Source: Acidobacteriota bacterium (GTDB taxonomy: Bacteria > Acidobacteriota > Terriglobia > Terriglobales > SCQP01). Taken from it: DNA of 62,804 nt. Where the stretch lies: assembly GCA_027451805.1 (NCBI GenBank), contig DAIDIF010000263.1, positions 1 to 62,804 of the forward strand, written 5' to 3'. The notes below the pieces were generated by a model. That model saw only the letters and a program-made list of their open reading frames with translations. It had not been told where the DNA came from and did not search any database. Below are positions 20,933 through 29,839 of the stretch, piece after piece. The position numbers were made by a program, and so were the translations under genes. Position 1 is the stretch's first letter; every line of letters starts with the position of its first letter.

Positions 20933-23434
20933 TCAGTCCTGGCGCAGCGCGATCAGCGGATCGGTACGGCTAGCGCGGCGGGCGGGCACAAATCCGGCGG
21001 CGAACGCGACAAGCGCGAGCGCGACCGCGGCGGCGGCCAGCGAGGCGGGATCATAGAACGCCAAGCCGAACAGGGTGATCTGGCTGGCAACGAGCCTGGC
21101 GCCGGCGATGCTAGCGGGTACGCCGAGCGCGACGCCAAGAGCGACCAGGAGCAGCGTCTCGGTGAGAATCATGGAGAGCACCGCGCCGGGACCGGCGCCC
21201 AAGGCCATGCGGATGCCGATCTCCGCGGTACGGCGGGAGACGGCGTAGGACATGACGCCGTACAGGCCAATGGCAGCGAGCAGCAACGCCAGCACACCGA
21301 AAAAGCCGCTGAGCCGGGCCAATATCTGCTGGGCAGCGAGCGAATCGCCGATCAAGGCGGACATCGGATGGAGAGTGCCGAGCTGGACGGCAGGGTCGAG
21401 CTGTTTCAGTGCGCCGCGAATGGCGGCGGCGCCGGCGGTACCGCGAATCAGCAGGACGGCCTGCTGGTAGTTGTCGAGCGGGATGCCGTTGCCGAAGGGA
21501 AGATAGAAGCGCGGCGGTGTCTTTTCTCCCAGACTGAGGTACTTGGCATCGCCGCAGACGCCGACCACGGTGTACACGGCGCGGTGGTCGTCGGGATAGA
21601 GATCCACGAGCTGCTGGCCCAGCGGATTGCGATTGCCCAGGTAACGGCGCACGAAGGTCTGATTCACCACGACGTGCTTGGGGCCGGTTTCATCCTGGGC
21701 AGTGAGGACGCGGCCTAGCAGCAGGGGAATGCCGACGGTGCGGAAGTAGCCGGGCGAGACCGTGTCAAAGCGGGAGCCGGCTCCGGCTTGCCCGCTGGGC
21801 GGGGTATAGCCTTCGACGGCGACGGGCAGTCCGGAATCGCTATTGTCGAACAACCCGTCTTCGGAGAGGGCAACGCCGCGCACGCCGGGCAGCGAGGCCA
21901 AGGCCGCACGCACGCGATGGAAGTAGGTCAGAGCGGACTGATTGGCGTAGCCAGCGGTGCTGGTATTCACGACCAGGAGGCTGAGCCGGGCGGGGCGGAA
22001 GCCGAGTGGCACGTTCTGGAGCTTCTGCAGGCTACGGACGAAAAGGCTGGCACCGACCAGCAGAACGATGGAAAGCGCCAGTTGGGCTACGATGAGCACT
22101 TTGCCCAGGACCTGGCGGCCGGCGGCGGCACCGCGGCTTTGTGGGTTCAGGCTGGTGTTGGCATCCAGCCGGGCCAGACGCAGCGCCGGCAGCAGGCCAA
22201 CCAGGAAACCAGCGGCAAGCGAGACCAACGGGACGAACAGCAGGACGCGCCAATCGGGCGCGAGACTGACGCTCAAGGCCGAGCCGCCGACTTTGGCAAC
22301 CATGGCGAGCAGCACGCGCTCGCCCCAGAAGGCGAGCAGGCATCCCAGAATGCCCCCGAAGACCGCAAGGAGCAGGCTTTCAGACAGGAACTGGCGGATG
22401 ATGCGCATGCGGCCTGCGCCAAGGGCCAAGCGAACACCGACCTCGCGCTGGCGCGAGGCAGCGCGGGCGAGCAGCAGACTCGCGAGGTTGACGATGGCGA
22501 GCAGCAGCACCAACGCCACGAGGGCGAAGAGGGCCAGGAGCGGATCGCCGAACCGGCGGCGCACGGACGAAGCGCCAAGGTTGCCGCGGGTGAGCCGCAG
22601 TTTCTGACTCATCAGCGCACGGCGCGTCGTCGCGTCGCTCACCGAACCGGCCTGTTGCTGAATCGCGCGTTGGAAGATCAGGTTGCTGGCGGCCTGGGCC
22701 TGTTGTAGGCTGACGCCGGACTTCAGGCGGCCGACGACCTGCAGCCACATGACGCGGGAGACGCCGGGCGGATCGTGCAACCGGTCGAGGCCCGGGAGGG
22801 CTTGCGGCTGCATGGTGAGCGGCAGCCAAAGGTCGGGCGCCTGGCCGACGTTCTCACCGAAGAAGCCGGGTGGAGCAATGCCGATCACGGTGAAGGCGTG
22901 ACCGTGCAGATCGAAGCTGCGCCCGAGGATGGACGCGGCGCGGTGGAAGCGCTGATTCCAATAGGCGTAGCTCATTACAGCGACGGGATCGGCGCCGATT
23001 TTCACACCCTCGTTGGAGGCGAACGTACGGCCGCGATAGGCGGGGATGTCGAGAACATCAAAGTAGTTGGCGCTGACCAGCTTGATGCGCGCCGGTTCAG
23101 AAGAGGCATCGGATCCCCAGGCGATGCCGGTACGGGAGGTATTGCTTTGCGCGGCCAAGAGGCTGCGAAAGGCGGGGTTGTGATCGCGCTGCGCCACGTA
23201 TTCCGAGTAGGCAAGCAAACCGCGGGTGCCATCGTTCACCCCGACGTTGGTACCGACCTCGCTGGGGTCGGTGAGAAACGCCAATTGCCCGGGATGCGGG
23301 ACCGGCAACGGGCGAAGCATGACCGCGTCCACCAGCGAAAAGATGGCGATGTTGGCGCCGAGCCCCAACGCCAGCGTGAGCACGGCCACCGCCGTAAAGG
23401 TGGGCGAGCGCAAAAGGGTGCGAAACGAGTGCAT
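20933..23434 (-). CDS. Second ADOP-type duplicated ABC permease
   Basis: FRTLLRSPTFT, LGLGANIAIFS, EVGVRLALGA, EIGIRMALGA and TDPLIALRQD end. No ATP-binding cassette. Confidence 0.9.
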   Translation of the reverse strand: MHSFRTLLRSPTFTAVAVLTLALGLGANIAIFSLVDAVMLRPLPVPHPGQLAFLTDPSEVGTNVGVNDGTRGLLAYSEYVAQRDHNPAFRSLLAAQSNTSRTGIAWGSDASSEPARIKLVSANYFDVLDIPAYRGRTFASNEGVKIGADPVAVMSYAYWNQRFHRAASILGRSFDLHGHAFTVIGIAPPGFFGENVGQAPDLWLPLTMQPQALPGLDRLHDPPGVSRVMWLQVVGRLKSGVSLQQAQAASNLIFQRAIQQQAGSVSDATTRRALMSQKLRLTRGNLGASSVRRRFGDPLLALFALVALVLLLAIVNLASLLLARAASRQREVGVRLALGAGRMRIIRQFLSESLLLAVFGGILGCLLAFWGERVLLAMVAKVGGSALSVSLAPDWRVLLFVPLVSLAAGFLVGLLPALRLARLDANTSLNPQSRGAAAGRQVLGKVLIVAQLALSIVLLVGASLFVRSLQKLQNVPLGFRPARLSLLVVNTSTAGYANQSALTYFHRVRAALASLPGVRGVALSEDGLFDNSDSGLPVAVEGYTPPSGQAGAGSRFDTVSPGYFRTVGIPLLLGRVLTAQDETGPKHVVVNQTFVRRYLGNRNPLGQQLVDLYPDDHRAVYTVVGVCGDAKYLSLGEKTPPRFYLPFGNGIPLDNYQQAVLLIRGTAGAAAIRGALKQLDPAVQLGTLHPMSALIGDSLAAQQILARLSGFFGVLALLLAAIGLYGVMSYAVSRRTAEIGIRMALGAGPGAVLSMILTETLLLVALGVALGVPASIAGARLVASQITLFGLAFYDPASLAAAAVALALVAFAAGFVPARRASRTDPLIALRQD

Positions 23435-23506
23435 GCCTCAGTTTGGACGCTGGCGGCGCGAGCCGGTTAGCCCTGGATCGTTTAGGGTTGGCCCTGGGAC
23501 ATAGGA

Positions 23507-23533
23507 TACGGATGCGGCGACGATTTGGTTCAC
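23507..23533 (-). promoter_or_regulatory. Putative ECF-sigma promoter (TGAACC-N16-CGTA) upstream of ADOP permease 2
   Basis: Minus strand reads TGAACC aaatcgtcgccgcatc CGTA, close to the B. subtilis sigmaW consensus TGAAAC-N16-CGTA. Confidence 0.55.
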
Positions 23534-23647
23534 GAGGGCCAAGCCCGCGACCCGCGGGGCGGGTCCGGTGGGGGCAAGAGCCGAGCAGGAAAGGATCGCG
23601 GGCCCGCGGTTCTGACAGACAACCGGGAAACCGGCGACAATGTCGAG

Positions 23648-25390
23648 GTGAGCGAGCACCGCAACGCGGCCCGAGGCTGGCTGATCTGGGCAGCCCTGGC
23701 GCTGGCCATCGCCGCATGCTGGACCGGCTGGCGGATGACGCGGCCGCGAAGCGAGGTGGTGGCGGGCGAACGAGCCGGCATCGCACCCCACATCCTCAAG
23801 CCGTTGCTGCGCGACGAGCAGCTCTACCAGACCGCAAGAAGTCTGACGGCGTTCGCCAGCACACCGGCAGAACAGCCGCTGGCCCAGCAGGCCCAACACC
23901 TGGCGGACGAAGTGATGGACGCTTCCTTCACCATCGCCATGGTGGAGGCGGCGCAGAACGCACCGGCAAGCGCGGACCATGCGGACGAAGTCCGCGTGGC
24001 GCATGCCAAGGCGGCAGTCGCCACCGACCAAGCCTGGATCGAACGGCTCAAGGCGCACGCGGTTCCCCGGCAAGTACTGGCCCGGCTGCCGGCCGCGATG
24101 GACGTGGCGCAGGCCCAGTTGGGACTGGACCAGGCGCGGCTGCACGATGCGAAGACGGATTTGGTGCGCAATGGTGGTGGAGGGCTCGAACGGATCCAAC
24201 AACTGCAACAGGAACACGAAGCGATTCATGCGGGCGATCACGCGGCAGGGGTTGCGGCGGCGAGCCCGGGCGGGCGCGGGCTGGTGGGCGCGGTCGAAGG
24301 CATCGTCGGATTCGCAGAACAGGCGGACGCCATCGAGGATGCGGAGGCCGCGGCGCGCTACGCGGTGAGACAGATCGTGGCGGAGCACAACGCAGCGCTG
24401 GCAGCGCTAACCGCGGCCGAGCACGCGAGGGCAGGAGGCAGATCGAGCGCCGCCGAATTGCGCGATTTGACGGCCCGGCAGCGGCAGGTGTCGCGATTCG
24501 ACCTGCAGGCGGACGCGGCGAGCGAACTGGCCGACACGTATCATCAGTGGGAGCCGTTGGTCGTAGCGCAGGAGCGGCAGGCGTCGCACCGGGCGCTGCG
24601 TGACGGGCTGGCGCTGCTGCTGATCGCGGCGGTGCTGCTGGCGCTGCTGCGGGGCTGGGAGCGGATCATGGCGCAGCCGCACCTGGACCACAAACGCAGC
24701 CGAACCATGCTGCACCTGGTGCAGGTGACGACGGAAGTGAGCGCCGGCCTGGCAGGGCTGATGGTGCTCTTCGGCAAACCACCCGGGTTACTGACCCTGG
24801 TGGGCATCTTTGGGGCGGGCTTGGCGCTGGCCTTTCAGGATCCGATTCTCAGCTTCGCCGGCTGGTTCGCGCTGATGGGACGGCACGGAATCCGGTTGGG
24901 CGACTGGGTGGAGATCAACGGCGTGGTGGGCGAAGTAGTGGAGATCCGGCTGCTGCGGACGGTACTCCTGGAGACCGGCAACTGGATTACGGCGGGGCAT
25001 CCCACCGGACGGCGGGTGAGCCTGCCCAACAACTTTGCGCTCACGGGCAGCTATTTCAACTTTTCCACCAGCGGGCAGTGGATGTGGGACGAGCTTGCGC
25101 TGGGGGTGCCGGCGGGCGTAGACGCACGCGCCGCGGCGCAGCAGGTGAAGCAGACGCTCGAGAACGAATTGGGGCCGGAGATCGAACAGGCGCGTAAGGA
25201 ATGGCATCCGCCGCACGGCGCCGCGGCAGCCAGCATCGAACCCACCGTGCACCTGCGGCCGAGTGGAGTCGGGTTGGAACTGGTGGTGCGGTACCCGACA
25301 CCAGCGCGCCAACGGGCAGCGATGCGGGAGCGGCTGTGGAACACGATTGCCACCGCGCTCGCGGAAGCGACCGCAGCCAACGCGGGGTGA
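23648..25390 (+). CDS. MscS family mechanosensitive channel with a large N-terminal periplasmic helical domain
   Basis: C-terminal MscS core (GAGLALAFQD, IRLGDWVEING..GEVVEI.LLRT, PNN). N-terminal TM followed by about 300 aa rich in Ala/Gln/Glu. GTG 23648 with SD gagg preferred. Confidence 0.8.
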   Translation: MSEHRNAARGWLIWAALALAIAACWTGWRMTRPRSEVVAGERAGIAPHILKPLLRDEQLYQTARSLTAFASTPAEQPLAQQAQHLADEVMDASFTIAMVEAAQNAPASADHADEVRVAHAKAAVATDQAWIERLKAHAVPRQVLARLPAAMDVAQAQLGLDQARLHDAKTDLVRNGGGGLERIQQLQQEHEAIHAGDHAAGVAAASPGGRGLVGAVEGIVGFAEQADAIEDAEAAARYAVRQIVAEHNAALAALTAAEHARAGGRSSAAELRDLTARQRQVSRFDLQADAASELADTYHQWEPLVVAQERQASHRALRDGLALLLIAAVLLALLRGWERIMAQPHLDHKRSRTMLHLVQVTTEVSAGLAGLMVLFGKPPGLLTLVGIFGAGLALAFQDPILSFAGWFALMGRHGIRLGDWVEINGVVGEVVEIRLLRTVLLETGNWITAGHPTGRRVSLPNNFALTGSYFNFSTSGQWMWDELALGVPAGVDARAAAQQVKQTLENELGPEIEQARKEWHPPHGAAAASIEPTVHLRPSGVGLELVVRYPTPARQRAAMRERLWNTIATALAEATAANAG

Positions 25391-25396
25391 TGGGGG

Positions 25397-27790
25397 TTAG
25401 GGATAGAGCAGGTAGTGCTGGCGGAGCGCTTCGAAGGCCTTGAGGCTGCGCTGCCACGAGGCCTCGATGCGGCGCGGATCTTCGCCGCTGCGGATGGCAT
25501 CCACGATGGCCTGCGAGCCCACCTCCTTGTGCATCTCGGCGCTCTCCCATTGCCGGGGATAGAGGCGAGCGAGGGCGCTGGCGAGCTCGATGCCCATTTC
25601 CGGCGAGTCCAACTGCTCGCGGCTCGTGAGGATGAGGCTGACGCCGTGGCAGAGCTGATGCGCGTAGCGACTACTCTCGGGCGTAAAGGAGATCGGCATG
25701 AAGCGGATGCCGGGGAGGCGGCGGGCGTTGAGCGCGGCAGCGAATTGGCGGGCATCAATCCAAGGCGCGCCGACAAGTTCGAAGGGCGTATCGGTGCCAC
25801 GACCGACGCTGACGTTGGTGTACTCGATCTCAGCGACGCCGGGATAGAGAACGGTCTCGTCGAGGTTGCGCAGATTGGGCGAGGGGTCAACCCAAGCGAG
25901 GCCGGTTTCGTCGTAAAAGTCGCCGCGGCTCCAGCCGCGCATGCGCACCACATGAAGATCGGCGTGAATGGCGCGATTGAACATGCGCGCGAGCTCGCCG
26001 ACGGTCATGCCGTTGCGGACGGGCATGCCGGGGAAGTAGCCAATGAAGCTGGTTTCGTCCGGGGCCAGCGCCGGGCCCTCGACGTGGATGCCGTCGAGCG
26101 GGTCGGGGCGGTCGAGGACAATGACGGGGATGTGACGCGCGGCGGCGGTTTCCAGCGTGTAGGCGAGGGTGGTCTCGAAGGTGTAGAAGCGGACGCCGAC
26201 GTCCTGGATGTCGTAGACCAGCAGGTTGACGCGGTTCACGCCGGCGGCAGGAAGCATGTGGCTGCCGTTGGCGGATTCATAGGTGCTGTAGACGGGGACG
26301 CCGGTGGCGGCGTCGCGGGAGTTGGCGACGGGCCCGTCGAGTTTGCCGGACCAGCCATGCTCGGGAGCGAAGGCAGCCGTGACGTGGATGCCGGCGGCGA
26401 TCATGTCGTCAATGTTGCGATGGCCGTCGCGGTCGAGGCCGGTGGGGTTGGTGACCAGCCCGACGCGCTTGCCGCGCAGGAGATCGAAGCCGCGGCGGGC
26501 GAGGACATCGAGGCCGGTGTAGACGTTGCCGTTGCGATAGAGCGTACGGTGCTCGCTCACATCGGCGTCGTTGTAGCCGGTGATACGTTCGAGTCCCTGC
26601 TCGAGGCGATTGAATTCGGTGGGATCGTCGAGGCTGAGGATCACCGCGACGCGGTTGGCGACTTCGGCGCGCATCGCCAGGATGGACTTGAGCGGCGGAC
26701 GCTGATGGGGATGGATGGCGTTGGCGAGGATGATGATGTAGGTATCGGACGAGGGGTCGATCCAGATGGAAGTGCCGGTGAAGCCGGAGTGGCCGTAGGA
26801 GCCAACCGGCAGATAATCACCGCGGTTATTGGAAAACGGAGTATCGATGTCCCAACCCAAGCCGCGCACTTGGGGGATGTTGAACGGGGTTTGCGGGGTG
26901 GTCATTTTCACCACCGCGAGCGGTGAAAGGATGCGGGCGCCGTTGGCGCCACGTCCGCCATTGAGCATCATCTGGCACAGTTTGGCGAGATCGTCGGCGG
27001 TGCTGAACACGCCGGCGTCACCGGTGACGCCGCCCATGGAGCGAGCGGTGGGGTCGTTGACCACGCCGCGGAGGAAGCGCCCGTCGGGCTCGGGCTCGGT
27101 GGGGGCGATTTTGGGACGCCAACTGGCAGGCGGCAGGTAGCGGGTGTGGCGCATGCCGAGCGGCTGCCAGATGTGCTGGAGCGCGTAACGGTCAATGCGC
27201 TCGCCGGTGAGATGGCGGACCAGTTCGGCGAGGACGACGAAGTTGATGTCGCTGTACTCGAAGTGCGAATCGGGCGGATAGGCGGGGACGACGGCGAAGG
27301 CCTTCTCCACGCCGGTGCTATAGCCGGACCAGCGCGGAAACTGCGGTATGTCGGGCGGGAGACCGGAGAAGTGGGTGAGGAGGTCGCGGATGGTGATGTC
27401 CTGCTTGCCGTTTTGGGCGAAGCCGGGCAGATACTTGGCGACCGGATCGTTGAGACGAAATCGGCCCTGATCGAGCAACTGCATGATGGACGGCGCGGTC
27501 GCCACGACCTTGGTGAGCGAGGCGAGGTCGAAGATGGTGTCTACCGTCATTTTTTGGCGGTAGGGCTCGACGGAGCGATCGCCGAAGGCCCGGCGATAGA
27601 CGATGTGGCCATCGTGACCGATGAGAACCACGGCGCCGGGCATTTCCCCGGCGGCGATGGAACGGCGGACGATAGGGCCAATTCCGGACCAGTCCAGATG
27701 CTTTGCCGCCGCAGGCGGCGGGGTGGCAGCGAGCAGAAGCGAGAACCCAGGCAGCAGGAGGGACAGGAGACGGAGGAGGCGAAGACTCAA
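25397..27790 (-). CDS. Fusion of a beta-lactamase-family serine hydrolase (AmiE-like) and exo-beta-N-acetylmuramidase NamZ (DUF1343)
   Basis: N-domain has ASLTK (SxxK), YSD and GHSGFTGT. C-domain has RVGLVTNPTG, APEHG, DIQDVGVRFYT, PSPNL and SVGRGTDTPFE. TTG start at 27790 inferred from the promoter and SD. Confidence 0.88.
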   Translation of the reverse strand: MSLRLLRLLSLLLPGFSLLLAATPPPAAAKHLDWSGIGPIVRRSIAAGEMPGAVVLIGHDGHIVYRRAFGDRSVEPYRQKMTVDTIFDLASLTKVVATAPSIMQLLDQGRFRLNDPVAKYLPGFAQNGKQDITIRDLLTHFSGLPPDIPQFPRWSGYSTGVEKAFAVVPAYPPDSHFEYSDINFVVLAELVRHLTGERIDRYALQHIWQPLGMRHTRYLPPASWRPKIAPTEPEPDGRFLRGVVNDPTARSMGGVTGDAGVFSTADDLAKLCQMMLNGGRGANGARILSPLAVVKMTTPQTPFNIPQVRGLGWDIDTPFSNNRGDYLPVGSYGHSGFTGTSIWIDPSSDTYIIILANAIHPHQRPPLKSILAMRAEVANRVAVILSLDDPTEFNRLEQGLERITGYNDADVSEHRTLYRNGNVYTGLDVLARRGFDLLRGKRVGLVTNPTGLDRDGHRNIDDMIAAGIHVTAAFAPEHGWSGKLDGPVANSRDAATGVPVYSTYESANGSHMLPAAGVNRVNLLVYDIQDVGVRFYTFETTLAYTLETAAARHIPVIVLDRPDPLDGIHVEGPALAPDETSFIGYFPGMPVRNGMTVGELARMFNRAIHADLHVVRMRGWSRGDFYDETGLAWVDPSPNLRNLDETVLYPGVAEIEYTNVSVGRGTDTPFELVGAPWIDARQFAAALNARRLPGIRFMPISFTPESSRYAHQLCHGVSLILTSREQLDSPEMGIELASALARLYPRQWESAEMHKEVGSQAIVDAIRSGEDPRRIEASWQRSLKAFEALRQHYLLYP

Positions 27791-27832
27791 GGCGGGACGC
27801 TCCAGGTCGAGAGCGGAGTAGACTGCTCCTGT

Positions 27833-27861
27833 GTTATAGACAAAAGGGCCGGACGTGTCAA
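27833..27861 (-). promoter_or_regulatory. Near-consensus sigma70 promoter for the AmiE-like/NamZ fusion
   Basis: Minus strand TTGACA (27861-27856), 17-nt spacer, TATAAC (27838-27833). The -35 box overlaps the murQ GTG start on the other strand. Confidence 0.75.
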
Positions 27862-28700
27862 ACCACCACGCACCACGCTTAGCAACAGAAGCGATCAATC
27901 CGCGCACGCGGGGCCTGGATCGGATGAGCACGCCGGCGATGCTGCGGGCGCTCCAGAGCGAAGACGCACGCGCGGCGGCGGCGGTGCGGCGCTGTCTGCC
28001 GGCGATCGCACGGGCGATCGAGGCGATCGTGCCCCAGTATGCGGCGGGCGGGCGGCTGATCTACGTGGGCGCGGGAACCAGCGGCCGGCTGGGGGCGCTG
28101 GATGCGGCGGAAATTCCGCCGACCTTTGGCGTGGAGCGGGAGCGGGTGGTGGCGGTCATCGCGGGCGGCGAGCCGGCGTTGACACGAGCGGTGGAAGGCG
28201 CGGAGGACGATGCGGCGGCGGCGCGCCAGGACCTGGCGAAGCTGCGGCTTCGGCGGCAGGACACCGTAGTGGGGATAGCGGCCAGCGGGCGGACGCCCTA
28301 TACGGTGGCAGCGGTACGGGAGGCGAGGCGGCGGGGCTGCCTGACGGTGGCGGTCGCTAATGTGAAGGGGTCGGAACTGGCCGCCAGTGCCGAGCTCGCG
28401 ATCGAGCCGCTGACGGGAGCGGAGGCCATCGCGGGCTCGACGCGCCTAAAGGCCGGGACGGCGCAAAAGATGGTGCTGAACCTAATTTCGACCGGACTGA
28501 TGGTGCGCAGCGGCAGGGTTGCCGACAATTTGATGATCCACGTGCAAGCGACGAATGCGAAGCTGCGAGCGCGGGCGGAGCGGATACTGGCGGCGGCGGC
28601 GGGCTGGCGGGGCGCCGGCGGCCTGGCCCGGGCGCGGCGGGCGCTGGGCGAGACGGGAGGCGACCTGCCGCGGGCCATCGCGAGGGCGCGCCGGCCATGA
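27855..28700 (+). CDS. murQ: N-acetylmuramic acid 6-phosphate etherase
   Basis: TE..NP....LD, YVGAGTSGRLG.LDA.E.PPTFG, AVEGAED, ASGRTPY and GSTRLKAGTAQKMVLN. Confidence 0.95.
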   Translation: MSNHHAPRLATEAINPRTRGLDRMSTPAMLRALQSEDARAAAAVRRCLPAIARAIEAIVPQYAAGGRLIYVGAGTSGRLGALDAAEIPPTFGVERERVVAVIAGGEPALTRAVEGAEDDAAAARQDLAKLRLRRQDTVVGIAASGRTPYTVAAVREARRRGCLTVAVANVKGSELAASAELAIEPLTGAEAIAGSTRLKAGTAQKMVLNLISTGLMVRSGRVADNLMIHVQATNAKLRARAERILAAAAGWRGAGGLARARRALGETGGDLPRAIARARRP

Positions 28701-29827
28701 CGATGGTACTGCGCGCCAGGCGGCTGCTGACGCCGCTGCAGGCGATTGACGATGCAACGCTGGTGATCGAGGGCGGGCGGATCGTTGCCGTGGGGCGGAG
28801 GGACGAAGTAGCGGCACCAGCGGGAGCGCACCAGGAAGACTTTGGAGATGCGGTGCTGACCCCCGGGTATGTGGACGTCCATGTGCATGGCGGCGGCGGG
28901 TTTGATCTCATGCGCGGTGACGCCGAGGCGATTGCCGGAACAGCGCGGCACTTGGCGCAGCACGGGGTGACGAGCTATCTGGCGACGACGGTGACCGCGC
29001 CTTGGGAGAGGACACTGGAAGCGGTGGGGCGGCTGGTCCGGGCGGGCGAGGGGATTCACCTCGAGGGTCCATTCCTGAGCCCAAAGCGGCGTGGCGTACA
29101 TCCGGAGGCGGAACTGCTGCTGCCAACACCGGAACGGCTGGACGCGTTGTGGGAGCGGGGGCAGGAGCGGATTCGGATGATCACCCTAGCGCCAGAGCTG
29201 AAAGGGGCGGCGGAGTTCATCGCCGCGGCAAGCGCGCGGGGAATTTGCGTGAGCATGGGGCATAGCGATGCCACGCTGGCGGAGGCGCGGGCGGGCATGG
29301 CAGCGGGCGCACGGCACGTGACCCACACGTTCAACGCGATGCGGCCGCTGCACCAGCGGGAGCCGGGCCTGTTGGGGTTGGCGCTGAGCGACCCGGCCCT
29401 GAGCGCGGAGATCATCGCGGACGGGATTCATGTGGCGCCGGAGCTGACGGGAATGTTCTTGCGGATGAAGGCACCTGGCCGGGCGGTACTGGTGAGCGAC
29501 GGGATCAGCGCCAGCGGGTGCGGCGATGGGGAATTTACCTTAGGGGCGATCAAGGTCGAGGTGGCGCGGGGATGCTGCCGGCATGAGGGCGTGCTGGCGG
29601 GCAGCGTGCTGACTTTGGACCAAGCGGTGCGCCATGCCATGAAGTTTGGCGGCCTGGAGTTGGCGGCGGCGGTGCGCATGGCGACGCTGAATCCGGCGGC
29701 GCTGGTTGGGCTGGAGCGCAAGGGACGGCTGGAGGCCGAAATGGACGCCGACGTGCTTGTCTTGAGTGCAACCGGTGAGGTGAAGGCGGTTTTTCAGGGA
29801 GGCCAGCGGCTGGTTGGAGGCAGGTAG
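28697..29827 (+). CDS. nagA: N-acetylglucosamine-6-phosphate deacetylase
   Basis: PGYVDVHVHG, HLEGPFL, TLAPE, GHSDA, THTFNAM, DGIHV and LAGS.LT. ATGA overlap with murQ. Confidence 0.95.
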   Translation: MTMVLRARRLLTPLQAIDDATLVIEGGRIVAVGRRDEVAAPAGAHQEDFGDAVLTPGYVDVHVHGGGGFDLMRGDAEAIAGTARHLAQHGVTSYLATTVTAPWERTLEAVGRLVRAGEGIHLEGPFLSPKRRGVHPEAELLLPTPERLDALWERGQERIRMITLAPELKGAAEFIAAASARGICVSMGHSDATLAEARAGMAAGARHVTHTFNAMRPLHQREPGLLGLALSDPALSAEIIADGIHVAPELTGMFLRMKAPGRAVLVSDGISASGCGDGEFTLGAIKVEVARGCCRHEGVLAGSVLTLDQAVRHAMKFGGLELAAAVRMATLNPAALVGLERKGRLEAEMDADVLVLSATGEVKAVFQGGQRLVGGR

Positions 29828-29839
29828 ACTGGGAAAACG

